From NCBI RefSeq assembly GCF_009914755.1, contig NC_060932.1: a DNA stretch of 64,000 bases; one strand, given 5' to 3'. Source of the stretch: the human T2T-CHM13v2.0 reference genome, Homo sapiens. Both the position numbers and the translations under genes were made by a program. Numbering within the stretch: position 1 is the stretch's first letter; each line of letters begins with the position of its first letter. Shown piece by piece: positions 50,841-64,000 of this stretch. The notes under the pieces were generated by a model. The model was not told where the DNA came from, searched no databases, and worked only from the letters and a program-made list of their open reading frames with translations.

Positions 50841-52606
50841 GTAAGGAATTGAGAGAAGGAACAGGAGGGGGATAAAACAAAAATAAAAGAAACCTCCTGT
50901 CTCTGCTTGATCAGAGACCCATGAACTAAGAACCACAGGTTCTAGAATGAAGGAGAAAGGCCAGCACACTGCCCAGTCAGGCCTGGCCACCGATGGGCTC
51001 ACAGACGCAAAAAGAAACAGGCTTAGGTGAGCCACAGCCAGTGCTGGAGACCCTGCAGTATCTAGACCCACTGCACGTGAAGGCATCCTCCATATTCAGG
51101 AGCCATAAACTGGGTCAAACCCTCACAAGTGCTGAAATTTTGCGGCCCAGGGAGGGTGCAGTTTCCCAGTGTCAAACATCAACTAATGAGTTGGTGCTGC
51201 TTCATGTTAATTAAACATATTACTATTGTTCAACTGTACGAGAATCTGCGTGGCTTTTTGGACATTTCTCAGAAGGGCTGAGAGAGGGAAAGACTCCAGT
51301 TATAAATATTTCCATGAAGGTAATTACTGGTAGAAATTCAGGCAAGATGTACAGATGCAAGTGTTTTACAAGCAACTTCATTTTTTGATCTGCGCTCATT
51401 GTGTGTTATTTTGTTTCATGTCACTCCACATTCTGGGCTACTCAGAGAGAAATACCCATCAGGTTTATGGGGTAAGCTGATTTTGATTTGAGTATCCACT
51501 GTGCCATTTTATAGTATGTGTCACTGAAGAGGCTGCTGCAGCATTTGAGCCTCAGTTTTCTCAGAAAATGAGGAGCAAAATTACCTCATAAGGGACTTGA
51601 GTATTGAAGTAGACTCTAAAATAAAAGGAATGACACAGTGCCTGGTACAGTAGGAGGTACCAACAAAAATCTCCCTGTAACTAGTGTCACCACTCTGGAA
51701 ATTTTAAAGCAGCTTGTCATTTACTCATAATTTTCAGAAGACAATAATAAGGAAACCAGAATTCTGACCTACCCGCCAGCCACAAAGCACTCCTCACCCT
51801 GGATGTCTAGTTGTACTCCTGCCATATGGTTTAATTCTTTCTCCTTTCTCTTGAGTACAAGAGCTGAGATGATCAATCACATTCACCCATGACAGAGCTG
51901 AGTGGAAGCAGCTTGGAGATGAATGGCTGAAGAACATAAAGAATAATGACATTAACATATACATATATGAGGAACACTTTAAAATTGCTTTCAGCAGAAA
52001 GGAGAGAGACAGAAAAAAAATCAAATCCTCCTGTTGAAAATTGTAAAACATGCTGACTCTTTAGCAGCAGAAGAATCATACCCCAGGCCGATGCTATTCA
52101 TAATGAATTATATGGTGGTGATTTATTCATACCAAAGTTTTAAGAAACTTGCCAGATTGATGAAAAATGCATAGGTATGCACTTTAGTCTGACACCAGAC
52201 AGAAGATGGGGAAGAAAGAGCCAAATTGGAAAGGGAGGGAGATGGAAGCACCGACAGGAAGCCTATGGGGTAGTAGCATAAGAAAGGACAAATGTTTTAT
52301 AACAAGAGCTACGTTCACAAATAACACAAGCTACATGTTCATTTGAATTTCCCTAATCGTCCATTCCTGAGATCATAGTGGGCTATACGTTTCAAGATAG
52401 AGCTAAGATACAGTGAGGGCAGACACAATGATGAGCTGCAAAGGGCACAGTCTTTGGATTCAAGCTGACCTGATTCAAACTCCAGTTCCATTAGTTCCCA
52501 GAGATGTGTCTTTAGGAAGCTACCTACTCTCTCACACCCCAGTTCCCCCGTCTCTACAATATTGAGCCTAGTAATATTCATGAAACTGAATGAAAATTGA
52601 ATCAGA

Positions 52607-52931
<325 letters not shown>

Positions 52932-53344
52932 TCAGAACAGTTAAAACAAGCTTGAACTAGAAACTTAAACACCAGAAGTAAAATCCAAACAGGGGCCTTT
53001 AAGAACCCAAGCAGCCATAAAGAAATCTGAGGTCAAAGTCAACCAAGAGTTGATCCGGAAGGCAGACACAGAAACCACAAAAGCTGTAGGAGAGGACTTG
53101 TGGTTAAACAGAACTCACATTTTATGGTATAGCTATCTCCTGCTCTCTGTCTTCTAGAGAAGGATTTACGTATATATACATGTATGTATTTACATAGTGA
53201 AAAATTAAGACATGTAATTAGCCAATGCTTTAAACAGTACAAAACAGTGAATCGAATATTCCTTTCCACCCTCTCTTACCTCAGACCCTTGTTTCTCACC
53301 CAAGTCAAACACTGTTGGCAGTTTCTGACGTATTTTTAAACCCA

Positions 53345-54230
<886 letters not shown>

Positions 54231-55434
54231 ATTTCATCACTACCATCCCTTTTTATGTACAGTTTGTAGTATACTGTACTCACTTTTCTATAGCTTGACC
54301 TCTCTCCTTTTATCTTTGGTATTGTTCCACAGCAGCCCATAGAGATGAACTTTATACTTTCTAAGCACTCACAGTTCTTCAAGTATAAACGAAACATCAT
54401 GAGTTTTCCTCATCCCCTATTGAAAGACATTTCAGTTATGTCTAATTGTTGCTTTCACAAACAAAGACACAGTGATTTCTTTGAGTGTGTGTGTGTGTGT
54501 GTGTGTGCATGCTTGCATTTTTGGAGTATGTGACCATCAAGAAATTTGATGAAGTGGAATTGTTGGGTCAAATGGTGCAAGCATTAGCACTTTTACAGAT
54601 ATTGCCAAAATGTAGGGCTCCAAATCCCAGATGAATGGTTTAATTAGCTTGAAAGGCACAGTACTCCAACCCTAGTACCTGACAATAGTCATTGCAAATA
54701 AGCCTAGATTACCCTTTATTTTTGCAAATATCAAGCTTCATTTGTCTATTTCTACAACAAGTAAATGCTTGATCACCTGAGAGCCATCTGACTACAATCA
54801 TCATTGAGCTATACATTATTTATTGCATTTTAGAGGGAAAGAAACTAGTCTATTATTTTTAGTCCTTTAATATGTTAGCTTTGTCTATATCACATTCTAG
54901 AGATTTATAATTCAAAAATAATGCTAGCTTAATCTCAGATGCAATGCTTTTATGAAAAATGCAGATATTAAATAATCGAAATGATAATTACATTTGGCAA
55001 GCATTGACAGAAATAACCACCTAGGTAAATAGACATTTTTCACTAATTCTTAAAATGTGTCAATGATACTTGGATTGAATGCTTGTTTTATACAAAATAA
55101 AATGCTCCTTTCTAAATATATTTTTGGACTCAAATTCCTTTCACTGTTAGGATATAGCTTGTAGCTTTTTAGGTCAAATTAAATATAAAATTAAGTAACG
55201 GAAAGTTCTTTAGGAAATGATTTAGCCCATTTCCTATGACCAAAGAAAGCTAGGACATCAGGGAGGCTACATGGCTCTTTGAACTCATGTTGTGTAACCT
55301 CAAGTTACCTTGGTTGAATGCCAACTTACATTGTAAGAAGTTTTGTATGTGTTTTTAAATTTATACCTCACTTTCAGATGTTGTTTTTCACATTTTAAGG
55401 GGCCTGGAAAGATTAAACATCCACATCCACAAGA

Positions 55435-55620
55435 CAGTGATTCTCAAAGTGTGCTCTTATGAGTGGCCTCAGCAGCACCACATTGGGACTTGTTAGAAAT
55501 GCACATGTCCAGTCCCTGCCCCAGGCATAAGGAATCAGAAATTCTGGGGCAGAGCCCTGCAATCCACGGCTTGAGCAGTCCTCCAGGTGATCCTCCTCAC
55601 ACTGAATCTGGACAGCCACT
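55435..55620. mobile_element. MER5A (hAT-Charlie)
   Basis: CAGTGATTCTCAAAGTGTG...CTTGTTAGAAATGCA...GAATCAGAAATTCTGGGG...CTCCAGGTGAT. Confidence 0.85.
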
Positions 55621-57219
55621 TCTCTAAAGCTCCCACAGAAAGATTTGGGCAAATGTTGGTCTCTTGCTTCCAACCCAGCGCTTCTTAAACAAAGCCCTTG
55701 GAGACTCAGAGTTATCTGGGTTGGGAATTTCAGCTTAGCAAGTAGTTTCTGTCTTTCCTTCTTTCACTTCTTGCAATGGCACTGTTCCTTGTCTGGGCGA
55801 CCATCCTGATATTTTCTGTTTTCCATTTTCCAAATATGAGAAGATGAAACAGAAGAAAAAATAGCTACAGAAGTATGTCTATATTTTTGTGTTTATATAG
55901 TGGGTATATTTTTATCCAATTCGAAGTATCTAAATTTTTACTCAATTACTTAAAAAAAACAACCAAGAAGTATTTTATACCCTACACTCTTTTTAACAGA
56001 AAGTTTAGAGTTAGTTAAAAGTTAAAAATGACTCTGTAGCAACAGCTGCAACTTTCTGGCTATATTTACAAATTGCCTTTGACAAAAATGTTCCCAGACA
56101 CTGTTTGTTAATGTTCTAAAACGTAAGTTTATATAAGGTATTTGGACATAGATTAGAGCAGGTTTATCCACAAAAGCAAATGACACAAAAACAAATGACA
56201 TTGGGAAATGTATTCAACTCACTTTGACATTCTAGGCATAAGAGGAATGTAAAATGGAGAGGACTTCTGCTGTAGACAGGAGTTCCTCTTACACTTCCCA
56301 CCATATGCTTTTGGAGATGAGAAAAAAGTGAACAGAACCATGCAGAGATGTCCATGCCCATCCTTTGCATATGTTACTCAATGACTTCCTTCAGTGGATA
56401 AAATGCAAGTTCTTGGTGTGACATAGGAAGCTTCCCATGGAGGCAGGAACTCCCTTCCTGCCTTGCCAGTAGAAAAGACTCCCTCTCCCCTGTAAGCCTG
56501 AGATCAATAATCTGACTGCTTTCTCCTATTCCCAAATAATCAGGGCTAGGCACATCTAATCACCTCATCAGCAGTCTAGCATGGCACTGCAATACAAACT
56601 GAAACTGTCCTCCTACCTACTACTTTCTTACTTAATATGAATATTTTGGGCAAAGAGGCATGTCTGAATCATCATTGAATCCTCAGACCTTCCTGAAGAC
56701 ATGCCGCATGGCAACACGCCCAGAATTTGTTTGTTGACTGTAGAAGGAGATTCTTGAGTATGGAATGTGGGGAATATAGTCAGTAGTTGTACTGAATAAT
56801 TGATTACTATTCTCAAGATGATCTCTTTAACTGTTTTGTTCCTGAGGGCCTATAGCACATCATCAATAGAATGGGAAGTGATGCCAAAAGTTATTCAATC
56901 AAAATATTTATTATTTTCTATTTTTTCCCATTAACTGATCCAATCCATTTGGAAGCTCTTTACAGAGAAAAATTAGAAAACACAATTCCTATTAGTGTAT
57001 TATCTCAGTTTGTTCAGTTAGGTACTTGGTTGAGGCTTTTCCTGGTGGAAAGCGAAACTCTAAGAGGGACACTGGCAGCGAAGAACTGCTTTTGAGATGG
57101 CTCAGGACACAATTCATGAAAAAGACTTGGAATAAGATGGGAACAGGGAATATTTAATTTTCATTCAATTCAAATAAGTTAGCAAAGATGTATAGAGTTT
57201 TAAAAGTTTAACACAAAGA

Positions 57220-57820
57220 TTATAAGCACATACACAGGTTGATAAAGTTGATAAGCACACACACACACACACAGACATACATTCTACACAAATATGAACC
57301 ATCACACCTAACTGGATAAACCAACAATGCAGAGTGCACATGGTTTTTGCATAAATTACATGACAAATAAACCACCGATATATACTGCCCACCACAGACA
57401 TGTCCCACATGACTCATTATCCAGAGCACACCTCCCCATCACACACAGAATTGGTCTCCATTCACGTTGCACACCCAAAATTACAAGTGTGCTTTACATA
57501 CCCATATCACACACAGCATATCTACTTGTCCATACACAGAACTTTCCCACATGACTCACATCATGTATGCACAGGTATTGCTCATATGTAACAATATATA
57601 AACATTTACACACCACAGACAGATGAGCCCTCAAAGTTTTGTCGTAACCACATATCTCAGACATATTCGTATTCCACCCCCACCCAAACATTCCATTTAC
57701 TGTAAAGTTAGTCCCCTGTCCTTCACATGCTATATAGACAGATATGATATGTGTCTAATCCCATTTCTCAGTCATAACACACACCCACATTTATACTCAT
57801 AAACACACATACACATGTTC
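57220..57820. repeat. CA-rich low-complexity tract
   Basis: Recurrent CACA/CATA motifs. Confidence 0.7.
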
Positions 57821-58120
57821 ACCTGTAATCATGCTACTGGCAGGTTAATCACATGTAAAACACCCCTTTGATAACAGGCAAGGCTGATGGGCATTTGAAA
57901 AAGATGGTTTTGAACAGCCATGTGCTTGGCACCAGCCAGTTGTATGAGATATCCATGTATGTCTGGCTGAAGCTTCTTTCCTGCAGGTGGCTCTGCTGAT
58001 AGAAGTTCATAAGAACATAGAGAGAACACATTGCAATAGTTATCTTTGTTGCTATCATGACCATCACTCCCCTTCATTGTGCATTATAATTCACTGAACA
58101 TGTCAAAGGAATTATGCTAA

Positions 58121-58244
58121 TTTTTTTTTTTTTTTTTTTTTTTTTTTTGAGACGGAGTCTCGCTCTGTGGCCCAGGCGGGAGTGCAGTGGCGCAATCTCG
58201 GCTCACTGCAAGCTCCGCCTCCCGGGTTCACGCCATTCTCCTGC
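58121..58244 (-). mobile_element. 5'-truncated young AluY (3' part of right arm plus A28 tail)
   Basis: CACTGCAAGCTCCGCCTCCCGGGTTCACGCCATTCTCC; perfect TSD TATGCTAATTTTT. Confidence 0.95.
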
Positions 58245-58384
58245 TATGCTAATTTTTATAACATGTATTCAGGGTGGGGACATTGAAGGTCTGAGAGGTA
58301 TTATAAAACTTTTGTAGCGTGACACAGTCGGGATGGGTCAGAGCTGGGGCAAAGATGACAATCTGTTCTCTAGTCCCAGTAGAC

Positions 58385-58618
58385 CAGTGATTCTCAACGC
58401 GGAAAGGCTGTGATTTCCTGCTCAGAAGACATTTGGCAATGTCTGAAGACAAGTTTTGTTGGTTGTCACAACTTGTGACAGGGTAATTGCTACTGGTATT
58501 TAGTGGGTAGAGGCCACAGATACTTTTATACATCCTACAACACACAGAACAGCTCTCACAACAACAACAAAAATAATCTGGTCCAAAATGTCAATAGTGC
58601 TGAGATGGAGGAGCCCTG
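58385..58618. mobile_element. MER20 (hAT-Charlie)
   Basis: GACATTTGGCAATGTCTGAAGAC...TAGTGGGTAGAGGCCA...CCAAAATGTCAATAGTGCTGAG. Confidence 0.9.
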
Positions 58619-60859
58619 AGCTTGACCCCTGGGGCTTCATGACAGTGGCATGAGGAGCTGGGGTCTTCCTGGACTGGCATGGGCATGCTGTTAGGGGAAG
58701 ACAGGGAATGGGGTGGTTTGCTCTTCTCTCTTCTCAGTGGGCCATCTGGGCACACACCCTGGCTGAATTTAAAAGGCAGCAATAAGGTAGAGGCATAAAT
58801 GGCTTCTCCCTGTTGACATTATTTCCACACATGCCATCCAGAAGCCATCCGTCTAAGAAATGGGAATTTTATTAAAACAGAAGGACGGAAAACCTTGAAC
58901 ATGAGCTCTTGCTGAGCTGATGAATGACTACTCTTGTTCTTAACATTACACATTTTTCCTTCATTAGAAATTAAAAAGAAACCAGAAAGAGAAAATATCA
59001 ATTCTTGTCGCGTGATAAAAATCATCTGGACAGGCCTTCATGGTGCTGAAATACGTCTCAGGGTCTCCTATTAAATCAATTAGCAAGCAGGAGGGAAGAC
59101 AGAGGCCTGCAAAGTTCCTGACAGCCTTTCTTAACAAAGAGCCTGTCATTCTTGAGTCTGAATCCTCCTCCTTGTCTTCATTTTTTGGGCACAGAAACTG
59201 TTGGGAGTTTGGAGAAATGAATCTTTTTATAGGAGAGAAAAAAAAAAAAGAAGCCAGCTGTCATTTGGTTCATTAGAAAGTCTCTGTGAATGGTGATTTG
59301 TTCTTAGACCAAGATTTAAACCCGTATCTCTTCTATGGTCTGCCATGAAGATGGTGGGATTCCTCATCAAAAGATTATTTGTGCGTTTCTTTCCTGGCAA
59401 TGAATAATTTGTGTCAAACCATCTACCTTCTTTATTCTGGGCCTCTTAATGTTTAGGATCCTCAACAAGTATGGTTTACAAACATGCCTTAACATCCACA
59501 TAACAGTGTAGTGTTTGCAAAGACCATTCAGGTTGATTCTCACAGTAATAAGATGGGTGACTAGATAATATTATCCCTATTTTATAAATGACGAAATGAA
59601 CTAAGGATGTGACTTGACCTTAGCCACTCAAAGTGGCAGTAGAGGGATTAAAATGCAGGTATGTAAGGAGTTTGAGAAGAGTGCAACTAATTTACATTCG
59701 CAGGTTCTCAGTGTTACTTGCATACTAAAAATAGTAAGAAACTTTAACAAATGCTGATGCCTTGGTACCCAGAGATTGTGACAAAACCCAAGAGGTTACA
59801 ACCTGAGTATCAGAGTTTTGATCCTAACGTTCAATCAGGTTTGGGAATCACTACACCAGATATTTACTACATTGCAGCTTGGGTAAACGGGCCATGGACT
59901 TCTAGGAATTATTGCAGTGGAATGATCAAGACTTGAGTCCCAAAGCATCTGACATCAAAGCTCATATTCTTTCCAATTGGCTCAGGAATAATCTCTAGCG
60001 CCTGTCAGGCACCCTTTTATGGCCAACATCCCTTTTGATTCTCAGGAGCACTGTGCAAGGTGAGCAGGGCAAGATCATTGTTATTGTTATGTTACAGTTA
60101 AGAAAGTCTCAGTGTTTTTACTTTTCAGAAAGAGGTACTGGATTTAAATCCTATTCTTTTCATTCTTTGCCCCTGAACTTCAAACACCATGCTGTTAATT
60201 AGACAATGCTCTGAGGCCTGACCATGAGCATAATAAAACCACAGTCTGATCTTCGTGGCTTTGGGAAGAGGTGGGAGGATAGGCATCTGTTTTCTTTGTT
60301 CTCTGGGAGCACGTGGCTGGTGGTAATCAGATGAGGTAGACTGGGTATAATTAGAGTCCAGTATCCCTACTCTTTTCTCTGGCCACTGTTCTATTCTAAG
60401 GTGACCCAACAATGATATCGATTGAATTTGAGAAGGAAGGAGCTGAGGGTGCAAGTCTGTGGTCAACCAAAGTGATTAGCTTCTAAAGGGAATACGATCT
60501 GTAAGAAAGAAAAGCAGAAAAGCTGCTTATGCAATTTACAATAAGAATGTAATTGAGACAGGGAGAAAGTGAGTGATCAAACTACCTTCAAGGTCAGAAC
60601 TTGTTGACTTTCTAGATCTATAGGGAGGCCACATGGGCTGGAAATCAGATCATGGTGAAATAATTCAGTGCCGAGGACTAACAGGTTTTACTAAATGGTT
60701 GTCCTTTTGCTTCTCGACTTTCTTTCTTAGATACTGTGTGTGTCTTCATCTGAGGTTGTCTAGAGCCTAGGGAATTGGGCATAAAATCTATTGGATATAT
60801 CTGAATCCTCCCCCAAAGTAAACATTGGACATATTTGTAGCAGTCCAGGATCTTTAGAA

Positions 60860-61860
60860 AATTCTAAGTGATAATAAGTTACAAAAGGTAAGTCTGAACT
60901 CACTTTCCCAGCCTTCCTTGAAACTAGGATCTGGAAGACACATGAGCTTGGCTCTGCCAATCAGATGCACTCAACTGCCAACTTGGGGCAGGCACCACCC
61001 AGAATTCATGTTGCCATAAGGGTAGTGGCTGAGGGGACCCAGATTTCAGAAACAACATTTGTGATGTTTCTGGGGGTCCCAAGTCAGTAGCACAAACCAA
61101 AAGACTGTTTCTCAAGAGAGGAAGCCATGGAGCATTCACTAGAGCTGCCCTTTAGTTGTTTTAACACAGGACAGTATTGTTAACCGCTCAATGTGACTTG
61201 CTGATTCTCAGATACCAGGAGCTCTTTATATTTTTTGCTAAACTAGTATTATTATTATTATTTTCTGCTTATCTTAGCAACAGTGGTTTCTGTTGATTGC
61301 CATTAAAGAACCCTGAGTGACAGAGAAACTGGTACCAGAAGTGGTTCTGGCATCAGAGCCTCAAAGCAATGGCAGTGTGAAACTGGTTGTCTTGACTAGT
61401 TGAGCTTAAAGATAATGAGGATGTAGCCAATGTGAGGAGGGGACTTTGGAAATTCATGGCATATAGCTGCAAACTTACCAATCAAATAATTGCCTAGGGC
61501 TACCAGGAATGTGAGAAAGACTGAAACCAGGGCTCAGGGAAACAAGAAACCCAGGAGAAATAAACAGCATGAGGACTGAAAAGGGCAGGCTGGCCCCTTC
61601 CAACTGTCCTGAAACACTTAAAGAAAAAGATTGACAATTTCAGATGTCAATTCTTTTCTTAAGTCAAAGTCAGAGGACCAGGGACTTTCTATGACAATAA
61701 TGAAATGATCTTTTCACTCTCACAGTTGTAGTATTAAGGTGACAAAAATCAAAATTATAGCTTAATCTTGAATGACAATGTTGGTAGAATTCCACAACTT
61801 GCCTGGTTGTGAATGTGCAGGTTAAGACATTGATTAGGAAAGAGTGGCACATTCTCTCCA
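60860..61860 (+). mobile_element. Old ERVL-class 5' LTR (to about 61322) plus start of the internal region
   Basis: TTCCCAGCCTTCCTTG...GCCAATCAGATGCAC; LTR end AAGAACCCTGAGTGACA followed by PBS-like AACTGGTACCAGAAGTGG. Confidence 0.6.
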
Positions 61861-61880
61861 GATTCACACCACGCACACCT

Positions 61881-61995
61881 CCAGGACAGGGTTAGGGCTG
61901 GTGAGGCCAGCTAGGCACCTAGGGTATAAAATGTAAGGAGGCACTCACTCTAAGGGTTTTCTAAGCACTTGCTTCTGTCACCCTAGTCCTGTCTC
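61881..61995. mobile_element. MER91-like hAT-Tip100 MITE, internally deleted
   Basis: AGGCACCTAGGGTATAAAATGTAAGGAGGCACTCACTCT...TCACCCTAGTCCTG. Confidence 0.7.
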
Positions 61996-62896
61996 TCCTA
62001 CTGAACTAGACAGGCTCCATAAGGGAGAATTTTAATCAGTGAGGTACCTGGAAGGCCGAAGTCCACTCCACTGCCCTTGACAGGAGATAATGAGTCCTTT
62101 GCCTCTTCTTTTGTTTTTGCATCCTCAGAACCTTCAGTTTTTGACAATTCCAGGGGCTCAGTCCATGCTTCTGAATTAAATTGCAGGACAGCCTGACCAC
62201 ACAGGGTGTGAATTTTCTTTAAAAAAAAAAAAAAGAAAATAAACTATTTTTTATTCTTGGATTGACACACATTTAACAGTATCAATCAAATACATTGTAG
62301 GGTGATTTTTACTTTTTAAAGAATTAAGCAGAGATCCTGGGTTACTGAAGTAAAGCCATGCACCATTGTCATAGCAGACAGACCCTGTCATAGCAGACAG
62401 GGCTAGAGCAGTTGTGAAACATCTGTCTTCAGATCTTCAGTCAAAAACAATGTTCATCAGTAGGGCCATTTGGGAAAGACTGTTCGAAGGGTCAGGAACT
62501 GTATTGCTGTAGCTGCATTGCTATTTAATAAAAGCAAAGACAGCAGAAAGTAGCTTTTAGATGAAGTAATAATGAAAAATAAAAGCACACGTTTGGCTGG
62601 ATGGGAGGCTCAGCAATGCAGCCTGTGTCACTTTCATTGACACAGAATTAAGCCATTTCTACCCACTGAGTTGGAAATAATAAGAATTATTTTTTCTCAA
62701 CAAAGTCTCTTATTATGTTGTATTTGGTTTATGATCCTTCAGTGGTTCCTAAATGCTATATAACTAAGTTAAAGGAGCTTCGTGGTCTCAAAAGGACGAC
62801 TACTTTCTCGTTCCAACTTCAGCATCTCCTGCCTTGGGACACCTTCATGAAGTTCCTTGTAAAAATAAGTATGCTCTTATCTGCACAACTCTTGCA

Positions 62897-63322
62897 GTTT
62901 TAATAAAGCCTTATTGGGGTATAATTGATATATAAGATTTGCACATATTTGATACATACATTTTGATGAGTTTGGGCGTATGAATGTACCTGTGATGTCT
63001 TCAATATAATCAAGGTACTAAATATGGCCATCACCTACAAAAACTGCATTTCATTCTTTTTTTGTCTGTGTGGTAAAACACTTAAAATGGCATCAATCAT
63101 CTTTGCATATTAAGTACACAATACCATGTTATAAACTATAGACACTGTGTTCTACAGCAGATCACTAGAACTTATTCATCTCATACAAATTTAACTTTAC
63201 ACTCACTGGACAGCAACTCTCTGTTTCTCCCTCCCCCTCAGTCTCTGACAGTCACCAACAATTCTACTCTCTCCTTCTATGAACTGACTATTTTAAACAC
63301 CTCAAATAAGAAGAATCACAAA
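62897..63322 (-). mobile_element. L1MA/MB 3' UTR relic
   Basis: TTATTGGGGTATAATTGATAT...TACAGCAGATCACTAGAACTTATTCATCT...ATTCTACTCTCT. Confidence 0.8.
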
Positions 63323-63549
63323 ATGTTTAGTTCCCGAAAGTATAGTAGCCAGGACTTTACCCTCCAGACAACAGATTGCGAGAGTCTTTTCTGGGAAATA
63401 TTACCAGTTCAGGCAGAAAGGCTTACAATCACTGAAATGGTGGTTGCCAGTGAAATGGTCCAACCACATCACCTAACAGTGAGGCTCACAACCAACAAGC
63501 TCTGCTCATGTAAATATTTCTAATCATCTTTTTTACAGTTCCATTCCTA

Positions 63550-64000
63550 AACATGAACAGATAAACATGGTTTACCAGACAGGAAAATCAGTGCCAAAAC
63601 CCAACATAATTTAAACATGCTAAGAGATGAAAGACAATACTGGGAGAAAAAAATGTAAAGGAATTAATGCCTATCAATATCATAGAGATGGAAGAAGATG
63701 TTATAAATCTAAAATGATAAACAGATACCTAGAACAAAGAGAGACTTATAGAATAAAAAAGAACTCTTAAGAAAAAAAGAGGGCTGAAATAGAGAAGAAG
63801 AAAAATAATCAAACAAATAGATAAGATAGGATGATTATAAAAATAGTTTAGAAGGTCCAAAATAAAAATAATAGAAGTCTCGTAAAGTACAGAGAAAACA
63901 AATTAAAAAATTTAAATACTAATTAAAGAACATTTGTCAGAATTAAAAGATATGAATTTTAATTTTGAAGAACACACTCAGACCCCAACAAAACAGATAA
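63550..64000 (+). mobile_element. Very old L1 (L1ME-like) ORF1 relic
   Basis: A-rich, with TCAATATCATAGAGAT, AAGAACTCTTAAG and CAGAATTAAAAGATATGAATTTT resembling old ORF1. Confidence 0.5.

Overview
Primate, most likely human, AT-rich non-coding DNA (intergenic or deep intronic), judged from AluY/AluS/AluJ, L1PA, MaLR/ERVL LTRs and many MIR/L2 relics. I find no intact protein-coding gene, RNA gene, CpG island or CRISPR array. The only ORFs with recognisable homology are broken L1 ORF2 (RT) pieces at 13.3-14.9 kb, an ERVL integrase relic at about 11.4-11.7 kb, and Alu-derived frames. All repeat names come from my recall of consensus sequences, not from a RepeatMasker run, so subfamilies and boundaries are approximate. 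The most unusual structure is between about 10.9 and 23.4 kb: four short same-strand sequence pairs (155-350 bp, about 85-93% identical), TSD-less internal L1 fragments, a 111-bp perfect-identity tract between two otherwise diverged L1 pieces, and small fold-back inversions. Together these look like a fossil hotspot of templated DNA repair and gene conversion. There is also a very young 5'-truncated AluY, several repeat-free homeodomain/TCF-motif-rich segments (candidate enhancers) and one candidate 150-nt exon. I cannot support a claim of a new gene system.
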